In this document: piece by piece, positions 11,565 to 25,300 of the stretch
How positions within the stretch are numbered: the stretch's first letter is position 1
Layout of the letters: each line of letters opens with the position of its first letter
Assembly (NCBI GenBank): GCA_013115145.1
Contig: JAAPAO010000014.1
Location: 1 to 64,000 of the forward strand
DNA from: Perkinsus chesapeaki ATCC PRA-425
Lineage: Eukaryota > Protista > Perkinsozoa
DNA length: 64,000 bases
Direction: 5' to 3'
The notes under the pieces: model-generated
Seen by the model: only the letters and a program-made list of their open reading frames with translations
Database searches by the model: none
What the model was told of the DNA's origin: nothing
Position numbers and translations under genes: made by a program

Positions 11565-12337
11565 GCTGAAGGAGTTCCCATTGAGGGAGCCTGCAAGCGG
11601 ATCACGAATAAGTGCCTCCGAGCAGACGGCCTGTCCGGAATAGCAAACACGTCATGCTAAATTATGAGATTAAATATATCCGGAACACATGCGTTGAACG
11701 AACCTCCGAACACTTTAAATGGGGTTATGCTGACAGCATTGGTTATCCGGACCATTAGCAATGTACATTTCGGAACAACGAGTGAATGCATCGGCTTGTA
11801 GAAAGTCCATATGTGCTCACTTCGTAGAGCGTGGACCAGCGAGGAAAGAGGTTCCACAGAATGTGCGTGACGCGGGGTTCGCTCGGTCGGTGTTTTCCTC
11901 GTCTCCGCCGCGCGCCACCGTTTCTTAAATTCAAATCCTGATCATTAGGAGAATGCGAATGCAACAAGTCGCAGACACAACAGCCATCGGCTCACAAAGC
12001 TTGAGAAAAATCCAACGGTGGTTTCCAAGAGCGATACGCGGTTGGAGGCTCCCTGCACGCACGTTAGTGAGCGCCTTTTCAGAGAGTCTTCTACTCCTCG
12101 AGCTCAAGGCTGGTGACCAGTCGCTGGTATTGGACTTCCGATAGAGCCTGAAGCCTAGCTTCCTGACATGACTATTTATCTTTGAAATTATGTACAAACC
12201 TTTGACTAAGGAACAGCGGACTCAGCTCTCGGCATGTATAGCCAAGCGGCAAGCTAGCATAGCTTCCGCGTCTCCGAAGGAAGAACGCTACAACCCTCAC
12301 GAAGATACTTCGATCCCTGTCGGCCCTCCAGGTGAAA

Positions 12338-13324
12338 ATGTGGCTGAACTTCTTCATTCTGCACGGCATCCTCCATATGCATTCGATGAGGGTACTTGTG
12401 GACGGCGTCGGTGTGCTTGGTTACCCGAATGATCCGATGTACAATAAACAAACTAAGTATCTTTCAGCTATCAAAATACCAGATGCTTGGCAGAGGTTAC
12501 AGAAGCCTAGAGTCAAGAGGAGCGAGGTTGGGGTGGCCGTGATCGACACTGGTGTGAATTGCGATTATCCTGACTTGGCTAAGAATTGCATCGAGGGTTA
12601 CAACGTCATCGACAATAATACAGATACACATGATAGGGAGCATCATGGGACTGAAGTCGCGGGGATTGTCGGAGCCGTCGTCAATAATAGTGTTGGTATC
12701 GCAGGGGTCATGGATCTGGTCAAGCTGATGCCAGTCTATAGCGGCGCTCGAGTAACAGGGCAATCTTTGATCAAGTCCGTGGACTATGTCATTCGTCACA
12801 AAGAAGAAAAGAATATCAAAATTATCTTAATGGCGGTTTCGTCGTCGACTCTTGATAAGCTCCTTAATTCAAAGATAAAGGAAGCAACAAATGCTGGTAT
12901 CCTGGTTGTGGTCACAGCCGGCAATGAGAGGAAGAACATTACCAAAGACAAGCGCTATCCATGCGCTCTGACTATACATCTGGACGGTGTGGTATGCGTC
13001 ACTGCAACGCAGGGAACAAAGATGCAGTTGGAAATTGCTAGCAACGTTGGAACTTATGTGGATATCGCTGCACCAGGTGCTGATATATGGACTACTTCTA
13101 CAGATACTCCATATAAAAAGGTTAGCGGAACGTCAGCAGCTGCTCCTATTATAGCTGGTGTGGCCGCCATGCTCTACAGCCTTGCTCCTCGCCTCAGCCC
13201 CGGTGACGTGAAGAAAATACTCAAGGATACCAGCAAGCCCGGTGTCAAAGATCGCTTCGGTGAAAAAAAGCTCAGACTAGGACGGGTAGATGCAGACAAG
13301 GCCGTGGCTAAGCTCATACCATGA
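12338..13324 (+). CDS. Secreted subtilisin-like serine protease (S8), intronless
   Basis: Catalytic triad motifs VIDTG, HGTEVAG, GTSAAAP; oxyanion TAGNE; DIAAPG. Hydrophobic leader from the ATG at 12338 (the ORF track starts at an upstream GTG). Confidence 0.92.
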   Translation: MWLNFFILHGILHMHSMRVLVDGVGVLGYPNDPMYNKQTKYLSAIKIPDAWQRLQKPRVKRSEVGVAVIDTGVNCDYPDLAKNCIEGYNVIDNNTDTHDREHHGTEVAGIVGAVVNNSVGIAGVMDLVKLMPVYSGARVTGQSLIKSVDYVIRHKEEKNIKIILMAVSSSTLDKLLNSKIKEATNAGILVVVTAGNERKNITKDKRYPCALTIHLDGVVCVTATQGTKMQLEIASNVGTYVDIAAPGADIWTTSTDTPYKKVSGTSAAAPIIAGVAAMLYSLAPRLSPGDVKKILKDTSKPGVKDRFGEKKLRLGRVDADKAVAKLIP

Positions 13325-14028
13325 CCCAGGAAGACTAGATAAATATATTATCAATAACTTAGGCTGAAGTCTTGAGGTAGATTCGTCATTTGAGTTTGCG
13401 TTCTCAAGTGTCAATAGCCAATGGGCCCTTCCCCGGGAAGGCTTGCCGACATTGACCTATATAAACCATGATAAACCATATTCGCCGTGTCTTCCGCTTT
13501 TTGGACAAGCGGTTCCAAGCAGAACATATTTGCTAATAGCAGAGCCGCCGAATGCCGACGGGCGGCCAGTGGTGGTAGCGTCAGGAGTGAGAAGGATCTT
13601 TCAGAGGTAGGATGCGGAGGCTGTCCAGTCTCTGGACACCAGAAATCTGACCCAAGTAAAGTGGTACTAAGCCAGAACCAGGACTGACCTCCTCGTGTAT
13701 GACCGCCATATGATGACGTTTACGAACGAGGGACTAAAAGTTCGTTGTATGATTAATGAACAAGCACCGTAAAACCTACTCACAGTGGAACCGGGAAGAA
13801 GGGCCGCGTCGGGCTCCCTCTGCGTGTTAGGGTTGATTTATGAGCACACCAAGTGAGGCAGATAGCTGAGGTCGAAATATTTATAAAGGAATATATGAAA
13901 TATGGTAAGAAGTTGGAGTTGGTATAAAGAAGAAGTGTTGAAATAACAATCGGCCATAAGATTGAAGCTGAAAACGCTGGCGTAGATCAGTTACCGTGAG
14001 TTTTAACGTGTACATATATGGGCTCCAC

Positions 14029-17000
14029 TTATGCGGCAATCGCGCACAATTGAACGATATTGTTATACTCCATGGATCAGTTTGACGATGGGCGGTGGGA
14101 TGCACCTTACCGTTGCCAAGCCCGCCATGGTACTAAAAGATCTATCAGCACACGTTATACATAACGTGCACAGGTTAAAAGATACGTGTTCGCCTATTCA
14201 GCAGACACTGCAAATTGATCAAACTCCGGCTATCGACTTGTTGGTAGAAACATTTCGAGGTAGTTATTCACCATGGGAGCCAACCTCCTTTAACCGGGAT
14301 AGAACTCTCCTCTTCAGAAACTGTCTCGCGGTAACTGAAAAAAACACTACGGGAGCTACTCCGGCTCAACGGCAGGTGGTTTCTGACCATTTCAGACCCT
14401 TAGCTGCCTCGACGGCTTCCGACACTCTCGATAATATAGCATCCACTTGCTCTCGTTCCTGTTTACCAGGGGCGTCCTAAAACAGGATAAAGTCGAAGAA
14501 ATATGAGCTAATTGTTCCCAACCGACCGAGTGCTCGCCTCCTTCTGCATATAATTGAAACTCCATAATGTCTTGCAGTGTTGGCTCGAGCGTGGCCACGA
14601 ACGAAAAATTCGAATCGATGTCGCCCGAGCCGGACGCTACCACACCTGATGCGTCTTGCAGGATGCTGCTAATCTGAAGGAGGCGCTTAAAGTACCAAAT
14701 ACGACATCTGATGCCAAACTACTGCTTCGAAGTTACGCTTGATCGGGTCGATGAAATTACTTGTCAAAGCTTGTCGTACTCGACCAAACCAAAGGGAATA
14801 GAGCGCTCGGAGAAACCTGGCAAACCGTGGGGAGTGCAAAGCTGCCAAGGACAGAATCATTTACTTTTCGACTGCAGACCGCTCTAACGAGTACACCTTA
14901 TTCCCACGATTGAACAACGACGGATTTTTAGTCATATGGACTTCCCTAAAATGACCGAGCAATCGCTAACTGTGACCGTCCAGTAAGAGCCGCTCACTGC
15001 CTTGCAGTAGCCAGTATCAGTTCCTTCAGTTTCCCCTCTTCCAAGTAGCACGGATGGCAGTCATCATCCAACTGGCCGTATACGGCAGAGAAGGTAGCGC
15101 TCACTCGGCGCCGTGTTATGGCATTGGCTCTAGATTTTCGGAGGAAATGTTGGACAGTTCGGTACCACTTCTCCAAGGCCTCTAGAGTAGATTGATACGC
15201 CTGTGTTCGGGATGAGTTGTACCTAGGCCAAGGCTAACTTCGAAACTCGAGGTCGAGCAGCTTACTGATCATTCCACTCTTTCAGCGCGCCCTCTGAAGT
15301 GTTTCGCAAGAACTCTAATACAGGCTGATTCGATACATCTTCGAACGTTACCGAGTCCTGAAGGAAACGTACGGAACTGCAATGCATACGCCATTCAAAT
15401 GGGCGCATGTTGCGAGCTATCGGGCAACAGCTGGCCAGGTCACCTCCGACGGCATGGTTGTCTCTAACCTCGTTGTGCAGCACTCATCCTCCCCGGGTAG
15501 CTCCGTAGTAGCAGATACGATTTTCTAAAAGATACAACTGGCAAGGACAGCTCCTACTCGGGGAACGGCTTACACTCTCCACGTCCGCTAAAAACGTTAC
15601 AAAGACAGCGCGGAGCTCGGATGTTCTATCAGAGATGAGAGACTGCTGATCGCAAGGCCCTGTTAATGCTTTCACTTCCGCCATATAATCTCGAATCTGA
15701 GCCCATCTGTCAGCTAGCAGACACGTCATAGCAAAGGTTACCATTGCTTTAAGTTGGAGCAGCGCCAGGTCGATGCTCCGTGGTAGCATAGACGTCCAGG
15801 CTCTGCCGAGGATACATGGGGACACGGAATCTGACAAGTGGGCAACGATAGGAAAGGATCCACTTCCAACTAGAAGACGAAGACTAGCAGGTAGAGAACA
15901 GAGTCATACTATACTTCAGGGGGTAACTCCATGAGGACCGCGAGAATTGTTACCAAAATGAATTTACAATTACGCAAGAACGCATCTTGTAGCAGCGCTG
16001 TAAGCCCTTTTTGATTCCTTTAACTAGAGCAGATTTGGTGGCGACCGCCGATCTGTGCATTCTATCTCTCTTGTTAGCGAAGCAAGCCTGGGAAATGAAA
16101 ATTCAGAGTACCGATTGGCAGTAAGAGAGCTGGCCTGGAGCACGGCGTCAAACACGATTCTGTTCGGGCTTATCCCACTTCAACTTACTTTTAATTTGCC
16201 CCATTTCAACTAAAGCCTTCATTTCTCTATCCCAAGCCTTGACAGTCATGTTTCTCAGCGAGGCAGCAGCCGGCCAATGCACTCCGTAGAGCAATGAACA
16301 TATCTAACAGCGCTGGCAGAAATGGCCAACCTCCCCAACGGAGTAATCCCACTTCTGCAAACCAAGGCTGTTCTTGCAGGGACGCCATAATGGTGCTTGT
16401 TATAGGACTGTTCGACTTCTTTCCGAATAGGGAGTGCATCTTCCATTTACCGTATCTGTCCGGGGAGCAGTTGTTGGCCCCGCGAGGAAAATGTACATTT
16501 CTCACATGCCCAAAACGCCAAGTCGACTAGCTGCAGCCAGACAGCTTTCCCTTTGCTCGCCCGTGTAGGTGTCATTGTGTAAGAGACCGGTGAACGCTTC
16601 CTGGAGTGAAAACCTGAAGGACCAAGTCGGGGTCCAAGTTCGACACGGGCGTGTGAGCTGCATGCAACAGACGAGGTAAGAGGCGAAGTTTAGGGAATGT
16701 TCAAATGCTTTCATGAACGTCGAGTAGGCTGATACCGTATCAGTGATACGTAATAAAAATACAAGTACATAATGTACATTTTTGAAACCCATTACCAATA
16801 AACTATTACTTACCTTATTGCACTGACAAACGAGCGACGTCCTGCCTCGGGTAACGAGTATCCAGGAAGTTTGTCTATGCAGTTTCCAACTATCCACAAG
16901 TTCTCCGCCGTCAGACAGCCATCTGCCTGTAGGGCCTTCAGCAGCAACAACAAGGAGGGGAAGTCAGAGGCACTTGGCCGTTTAGAGGCATCAACGACCA

Positions 17001-19153
17001 GTACCTGGCAATACCTCCAACCGACTAAGATACGCTCAGCGAAGCACCATTCCGTCAGATTGCTTCGCCTGCGTTCGGAGCATCTGCGATATTAAACTGT
17101 TATCATATAGCTTCCCATCTGGCGATACAGAGTCCACTAAGATGAGCTCGCCGAGCTGATCAGTATCCGCGTCGCCTAACGGTAGCAAAATGCACTTCAC
17201 CGTTAAAAGGAATTCTCCTACTGTTCGTTATTGAATTACCGAAATCTGTGTGAATGGTGAGAGCCATTTCTGGATGGGCCAAGAGCAGCCTGTAGTGTTC
17301 ATCAGATATAATGCCTTGTTTCATACCGCTCCACACTATATTATTCATGCGTTTCAGCAACTCGTTTACACCGTCTACCTAAAAGGCAGCGGGAGATCAT
17401 TTAACTTATATCGGGAGTTTTGTGGAGGAAAAGCTTATCTACATCTTTCAAGAGGAAATGCATAGGAGTGAGGTTGCCAATGGTAGTAGCTATTTTACTC
17501 AAGACCGTTTGGTGCATATGGTTCCTTGATTTGGTTTTACTCAACATTCTCGGTTACTGAATCTTCGAGATGGGTTGAATATCACAACATATTCAACAAT
17601 TCAAGGTTGGAAAAGTGCTCTAGCGACAATCAGTAATTGTGCCCACTTCCCAGTAGGAAGATGGTCAGACGCCTACCCCTTCAGCCGAACAGGGTAAAGC
17701 AGTGCTTTGAGTCGGGCAAGCGTCGTCTGCCCCAAGCCTTGGTGTGAGGGATGTCTCCCATTCTTGCAGGAGTTCATTCAACTGCAGTGGCATAGTTAGC
17801 CGAGGGAAGGCAGTGGAAGGGGAATGGTGCCACTCGGTAGTTACTAATAATAGATTGCCTGACAACCGAAGGGTCCACTGACATACACGCAGTTCTAGCA
17901 GCGTCTCCTCGCAAGGGGAAGTTGGCCATCGCTGCGACAAGACTGGTCCGTCCAGCGTAACAGGGCCCGAAGAAAAACAGTCTCGCCTGAGCAGTTCCCT
18001 GCTGACATTGAACTACGAGCCGAGCCTACCTTTAGATTGTCAAGTCGATTGGACAACTTCCGAAGCTCTAGGACATTCTCGCGCGCAATATTAAAGTTTC
18101 TCAAGGATGTGAAGCTACTCTGGTGAAAATAGTTGTCAATGCACACGGACCTGAACAAGTGTCTACGAATGTCACCGAGAAATCCCACGGCTTACGCGAC
18201 TTCCATGGCATCCACCGCTGCGGCGGTGAGCCTCTGGACGACCTCTTTCCCAGATAGTTGCTCATCAGTCACCTCATCCGTCATCCCTATCACCATTTCA
18301 TTTGCTTGCTCACAAGTAGGTGTCTTACTCGACACTGACACAACATTGATGCTCATAATGCCGCCACCAGCACTGAGGGATCGATGAGCTCTCACCGCCG
18401 TCTGTTGTCTCTTCGGCAGCTTTAGTGTCATCAGCGACGGCAGCACTCGTCACAGCTCGCCCAACCGCTGATTCAGTAGTAAACGATTTCCGCTGCTCTT
18501 CGTTCATCAATCTCATTAAGTCGTCGATGAACTGCCTATTTGCAAGGACGGAATCTACTGGCTGGAAGATGTCGTCCCACACAAGACTTTCTTGGCCGCC
18601 TTTCCACAGCCGTGAGAGCAGACTACTAAAAACCTAACAAGAGTTTCTCGAGAAATACGGCCGTTCTGGTCTACTTGTGCCGGCCCTGGGCCAGACGAGC
18701 GCTTGCTTGGAGTCACCCGCCACAATGCCAGTCTACAGGGCATCTTAACCTTAGTGAAGCCCAGCAGCCAAATACCCGACTGAGATACTATTGCAACACA
18801 CTCTAATATCTGCACAACTACATCACAGCCTACACAGGTGCTACGGAGCTACGCACCTGCCGGCCACTACTAGGCGAGCTCTCGAGGATCCTCAGCATGA
18901 AGTCCCATGCTGCCACCACAGACGCTTCTTCTACTGTGTCCAGAACCTGACCACGCACCAGTGATGTGATGCTCCGCTCCAACAACTCAAGTGAGCTCAC
19001 TTTAGGGTCTCGGCCGGCATCCAGTATGCCGACACGCAAGGATTTCCAAAGAGATCGACCCTCATTCTCAAACCTTCGGGCATCCCACTGTGCAGCCCCG
19101 ATAACAGACGGCATGCACTCTAGCAATCGACGACCACGTTCAATCGGTGGCAT
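14029..19153 (-). CDS. Large multi-exon hypothetical gene (possibly two genes), predicted mostly helical
   Basis: Chain of minus-strand exon-like ORF pieces with GT/AG borders, from MPPIERGRRLLE (ATG 19153) through WDDIFQPVDSVL, GFLGDIRRHLFRS, LQEQPWFAEVGLLRWGGWP and LEKWYRTVQHFL to ARQFLKRRVLSRL. No family recognised; the 3' end is approximate. Confidence 0.5.
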
Positions 19154-19321
19154 TCAAAGGCGATCTCCAGGGGCCGTAAATTAACAGTGGCCAACCCAAA
19201 ACAGCAGAGGGAGAATTGAGAAGCAGTGATGACGGTGCGCAGAATCATCGTCATCGTTACTGTCATCGTACACAGTGCACAAAAGTGTGAGAATGGCACA
19301 CTTGTTATTGGCTTTTCATCA

Positions 19322-22300
19322 TCACCGACTGCCATGATGAGAAGTAGTTGAATGGGAGGACGAAGACGCTCCAGCAGAGGATTCCAAATGGGAGAAGTCC
19401 ACCCGCCGCCATAAAACTATCTTCCCTAGAGAATCGGCGCTGGCCAGGAGAGTGTCCTAAAAACAGCCACATACATCACTTCAAGTGCTGTATCCATATT
19501 GCTCTCAACGCTAGACTATCAGAACCGAACACACGCTGCTTGAAGGCACAAAAGAGACGCCGACGACAACTCACTTGTTGGTTGGTCGCTACAGCCACCA
19601 CTGGTACTGTATGATGATGCAAGATACTCATACGATAGTTGCCTGTCTTCCCCAATGAATAGATATAAACCCCTTTATCCTCGGACCCAGATATACAGTA
19701 GCCCATCTCACTAGGAGAATAGCAGTTTTTGATGGGCAACAACGAGTGCGCCACACGAAGACGGTGACGCACTGTTAAATTGGTTAACACTCCGGGCGGT
19801 GGGCCTGAGAAAGTCCGACACTCCTATCGAGCCGACTCCGGTTTTCCTCTTCACCATATGTGCAGTCGATAACATTGACGTTAGAGTCGCTGGTGTTCAC
19901 CAACAGCATCGGTGGATTCCCATGTGCTGCCGACACAAAAGTGATGCAAGTGATGCCAGCTCTTGACAACTGGAACTTGAACTTGAACTTCAAATTCGCG
20001 CTGAACACCAATTTAGTCCAAAGCCCCGATAAGCAGCAGCAGCACAAGCTCACCTGTCGCTGGCCTCCAACACGTGAATTGCACCGTTCTTCGTGCCAGC
20101 CAGGAGGAACAGGCCGGTATCGTCAAATCGCAGGCAACGCACCTCGGTCTCGACCTTCAACTTTTGCAACACCAACCCATTCTGCACGTTAACCTATCAG
20201 CAGCGCCGTAAGCACCAAGTGCGACGGTGATATCCCCACCAATCTCAGAACAGCATTAGAGTTGGCTGCCACGAATACTTGAGGATTGAATGGAAGGAAG
20301 CACGCTACTGGCACCGGAGAGCTATCGGTGAATACCTAATGTAGACAATTTCGTGGCGAGTGACGCACTTCCGGACCTTGAGCATCTCCCCAGTATCCAC
20401 CATCCAGAAACGCACCGATTTATCGATGCTAGTGGTGACAATGGTGTCCTCCAGTAGATTGAAAAACATAGATGTTATAGCCCTACTGTGACCAACCTGA
20501 ACACACTAATTATCGAAACAACAATAAAGAAGAAAATACTAATGAGATGTTGATGGTAATGCAATGTAAAAGCGAGGAACCAGCAACAGTAATAAGAGTA
20601 TAACGGCAGAGCTTCGCTCCGCTAAGTAATGAACTATAAATCACACCGGCAGCAGCAATAACAGCATTATGCCAACTACCAGATTTACTTTATACAACAC
20701 ATAGATTACAAATTAATGCTGCTTACCAGCCTAGAGTGGAGAACGACCTTAGCTCCAGGAGCCTCTTGTCTCTCCCCAGAAGCATCATCATTAGGGAAGT
20801 CAGAGGGATCCAGACGAGCCAGCTCCATCTCAGTGCGGTAGCAACGATAAATAACAACGGTACCTTAAAACCGGTGTTGTCAAAATGAACAGGGAACACC
20901 TAGTAGTGTTGAGCCGTCTCTGAGCGACGGGGGAGACGTTGCCGAGCATTCTCATAGTCATCATCAGTAGTATCGTAATCGAACAGGCCGTCATAATGTG
21001 GGCGTCTATCTAATCTGCTCCTACCATCCTTAGAGGCAGCTGCCAGAAGGATGTGTGATCGATGAAGCTTCTCCTGCCCGAACGCGATGCAAGTGACAGC
21101 CGTCTCCGAATCCTGAATATGACATACACGTCACGGACAGCTTTAAATTCCCTTCGAACAACCAAGGTAGACATCACAAAAACCAACACAACCAAAGAAT
21201 GCATTAGTTTACACTGGCGCCGCCTATCATGTAGATGGTGAGTAGCATGCACCTCTACCTGTATCTCTTGAACTGGTCTAACATCGGCAACCGGTGGATC
21301 CTTGTTAGGACTGCCACGCTCCTTCATCGCCCTATTGCCACGCAACGATGGTTTGAGTACTCCCCCAGCACGATGGGCTTTATTATCTAACAACAGTCAA
21401 TTAACAACTCATAGGCCTACTTGCTACAGTGGAACACAAAGAACTTGTTTACGAATAAGAGGAACCAGGAAGTGAAGTGCTGCGATACGTTGTCAATAAA
21501 TGACAAATAGCACTGCTGCCGAATGGCTTAGCGCTGTGCGCGATACTGCAAGGAGTGTGTACGTTAAATATACAGAAGAACAGACAACAGCAATTTCTAT
21601 TGAAAGAAGTAAGGCCTCCATCCAGCCTTTATAACATCCATGGGATTTAAGCGCCATCTAGTAGATGAGGTTGATCCTGATCCACAGGAAAGCAGCGTAA
21701 CTCCCAACGAGCATTTCTGCGCTTCAGCGGACGAGAGCAGCAGCAGCAGCAGCGTTGGTGAGATGCCTTACCAGATCCCTTGAACCATCCCTTGAACGTC
21801 TCCAATGCTCCACTCAATGTGTGGGAGCTGGCATGGGAATCAGCACGAAGTGCGCGACTTGATGGGGTTGCAGCAGACACCGATGAAACCTATAAAAGCA
21901 AACATAAAGCTACCCAAGTCCAACAAGGGGCCTACCGCAGTATCCTTGCGGCTTGGTGGCTGTTGCTGTTGTGGTAAGGCAGTAGCTGCTACTGCTGCAC
22001 GATGAGCATCTAGGTCGCTGAGTACCAGCCGTACCTATATCGATGGATGAAAACTTCGCCCACATACCGAGGTAACCGAACTCTCCGTGATTTTCAGTGT
22101 GAAGTTTCCAGGAGCCTATACGCAACTACATTGCGGATGTGCACTGTAGATTCTACAATTTTAGGCATCTGTTGAAATCAGTATTTTTGTGATCTCAAAA
22201 GATCGGGCTCTTGAAGGTCGCTGCCCGACAACGGGCCTCAAGAGCACATGCTCAGTGGTTGTCGGATCAGCGCTACCGACAAAACCACCTTGGCCGGAGC

Positions 22301-25300
22301 AAGTCATGGAAGGGTGTCAGAGCAGATAATTGAGTGCAATCCCCAACTGTTCCTTCGAGCTCTACTCAAGCATAAACACTCTGCGGAACTCGAGTATTGG
22401 CGATCGCAGGTTTCGCCTGACCATCATCTATCCTCTAACCGAGTTGGTCCCAATTTTATAGTCACGTTCGTCGTTCCGAACGACTTGAAGTCACCACTAC
22501 TACTTAAGGAAAGAGGATTGACTAGTCGCCCGCGGGCATAGACCGTATGAACCAAATATTTGCATAATTTTATCGCGATAAAATTATGCTTCGAAAGCAG
22601 GCTCTATGCCAGGAGCGACTATTTTCTTAAAGTGAAAGGCGTCTCAATGGCAAGCAACAGCCGAATGACCCAACCGAGTAAGATATTCTAATAACTACCA
22701 AGCCATCAGCCCCATCGGTCATTGAAATGACTATAGCTTGGAGAGATCCTAGGTTCGTTTAAATTGGATCAAAATTGATGGCCTCAAGACTGTATGTCCA
22801 GTCGTCAACAGCGAAGCATTTGAGTACACCGTAGTTGCGAGAGACGATTCACCCTATCGACGCCTTGTTGATATATGCACAATATAGATCATCTATAATA
22901 GATGACTGTGGGAAGGTCATACTGCGACGACGATAGTTGAATGTGTTGACAGGTCATACTTGACAAATTCTGAAACCAACTCTGAACATTACGGCTTAGC
23001 GACCAGGTCCTGGTCACTAAGGCGGATTTAATATCCTACCGAGTGAGTGTATGGCGCCTCAACAAACGGTAGATATACCGAGAATCACAGGCGGCCCTAC
23101 ATGGGGTGGTGAGACTCGATTTGGAAGCGAACTGTGGCGGGACCAACAACGGAAAATGGTTCTGCAAGTAGTCGTCAGTGACGGCTTGTCATAGACTGGA
23201 TGTCAATCACGAACTAGAGTGTTTCGATTATACAGTTTTGCAAACGTGGTGAAGCAGATTCTCTAGATAGCGCACTTTTTCCAGAAACACACTGTAAATG
23301 TCATCCAATCCTTACTGCGTCCATCAGCCTATTCCCTTCAACTGCCAACGCATTAGCACTCGCTGCTGCATCCTTAGCCTCCATAACATCCACCTCAGGA
23401 GGCTTGCCCGCCTGGGCTGGTTGAAGGTTACCGAAAAGCAGAACCTAAGCCAGACACATGTACTCATCCTATTTGGACCTGCCGATAGCTTACGTTTGCT
23501 CCCATCCTGCCGGCTTCCCTCATCAGATCTAAAGCCTGCGAAAGGGATTCCTTCGAGCACATGTCATACACGCAGATGACCTATAAGAGATATGCAAAAG
23601 GCTCCGTTTGCCAGATCACTTACCCATCTTGAGCGGGCAAACCACTCCCTCACTAAATGCTGAGCTCTCTTATTGCCATTGCAGTCCAACACCTTGAGGA
23701 CCCTACAGGTAACACAGAATGTAAACGGTATTTCTCACACAATTCCTGCTTACTGCGTACAATACCATTTCGGACCCTACTTTTACGCAACAATGTACCC
23801 TATCTTTGCGTCTTACAACAAATACGCTCAGCGATGAGCCTTATCGATTTCTGTCGGTTCTACTCTAAATAATATTCGAACAAAGAAGCATATTAAATTA
23901 ATATTATTAATGCTCCCCATTTCTAAATAACTTATCAATTGCATGCTGACCACCGGGAAAAATTTGACTCCCATCTCCCAGTGTGAATAGATTATATTTC
24001 ATCGTTGCAGACAAGCATCCGCTTCTTCTGCCAGCTTACCTCGGCTTCCCATTGCTATCCTTGAACTGCAGTTGATAATGTGCCATAAGATTCGATCGAC
24101 TCCTCTCAAACTCTGGCATCTTGCTCGGATCAAGCTGCTGAATAAGGCCGGCCAACAGCGGTGATTTGCCCTAATAACCCAATGGCCATCACAATAACCA
24201 GTCTCACCACTCAGATGCCTACCACTCCTTGGGGCCCGACCAGCTGTATATCCACATTCCGAGCGCTCATACCACTGCCGGCAGCAGCAGCTGCCGCGGC
24301 GGCGGCGGCCTCGGTGGCTGCTCTAGGTTGGGCAGGACCTTGGTGCGTTGAGGCTTGTGACTGATAGACCGTGTTCTTCAACATGGTCTGGTATTTAGCC
24401 TCGGAATCCTGCGTGAAGAAAGCTCCGACCAGGATTCGAACCCACGACCCCCCTGCCCACCTCCCTCTCCTTATTGACTCTAGCCAGCTCCTCCTTCAGC
24501 CTGGCGTTCTCATTCTCAAGTGTGTCACTCTTAGAGTTAGCATCAACAAGAGACTGCCTCAATCTGGCAACAGCTACCCCCTCTACGGCTTCTAGCCCGA
24601 TCTGAAAAAATAAGATCCTATCCAACTCGCGCCGACTGCAATCAAGTCGGATTAAAACAACACACAGTAGCAAGGAACCGTAACGGGTAGCAACTGGGAA
24701 AGGCCAAGTGTCCAAGATCCGTGCAGTGAGCTACGTATACCATTGGATTCCACCGTGGTGAAGCTGTCAATAACGAAAAGCTCTAGAAAATAAAACAGTA
24801 ACTTCCTTCTAAGACTGTCATTTAACCAGCTCAGTATTGAATACAATATAATAACGGAAAGAGCTGGCTTCCAAGCCCTATGTGACCTCCAAACGCCTTC
24901 AGCCCTCACAAAGGGCCACTGAGAATAACTTACAGAAATTTACAATATAGATGCGTCAAAGAAGAAACATGGAATTAAGAGCAAATGACGGACGTGCACA
25001 AGAAGAAGAAGAATTCTCACCGCAGACGCCGTAGGGCTTGATATGCTTCCGTTTGGTGATATTCGGGGAGACGATGCAGGAGCATGCCCGCCAAACACAC
25101 CAGACGCACCACCCGCCTCGCTTGCTGCAACCGTAGAGCTTCCAGCCACCAACGCTGCACCTTCATACTTCATCACACACAGGTTCGATCCTCGGAGCCC
25201 GCTACCTCCAACAGCTGCCAATTCCTCAGCATGTTGTGAGGCTAGCTGGTCCATCTCTTCTTGGTGCTTCTTCACTGCTGTATCCAACTGGCCCTCCAGA

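Noticed and set aside
13424-13805. MITE bounded by ggcccttcc(..)cgg-like inverted ends
   Set aside because: The inverted match is short and gapped, no target-site duplication is evident and there is no second copy in the window.
21736-21755. CAG/GCG microsatellites (also ~24281-24310)
   Set aside because: Short low-complexity tracts within or next to myosin tail exons and introns; unremarkable.
24409-24460. tRNA gene
   Set aside because: Only a T-loop/B-box-like segment; no D arm or anticodon arm, weak T stem, and it lies within a 52-nt intron.
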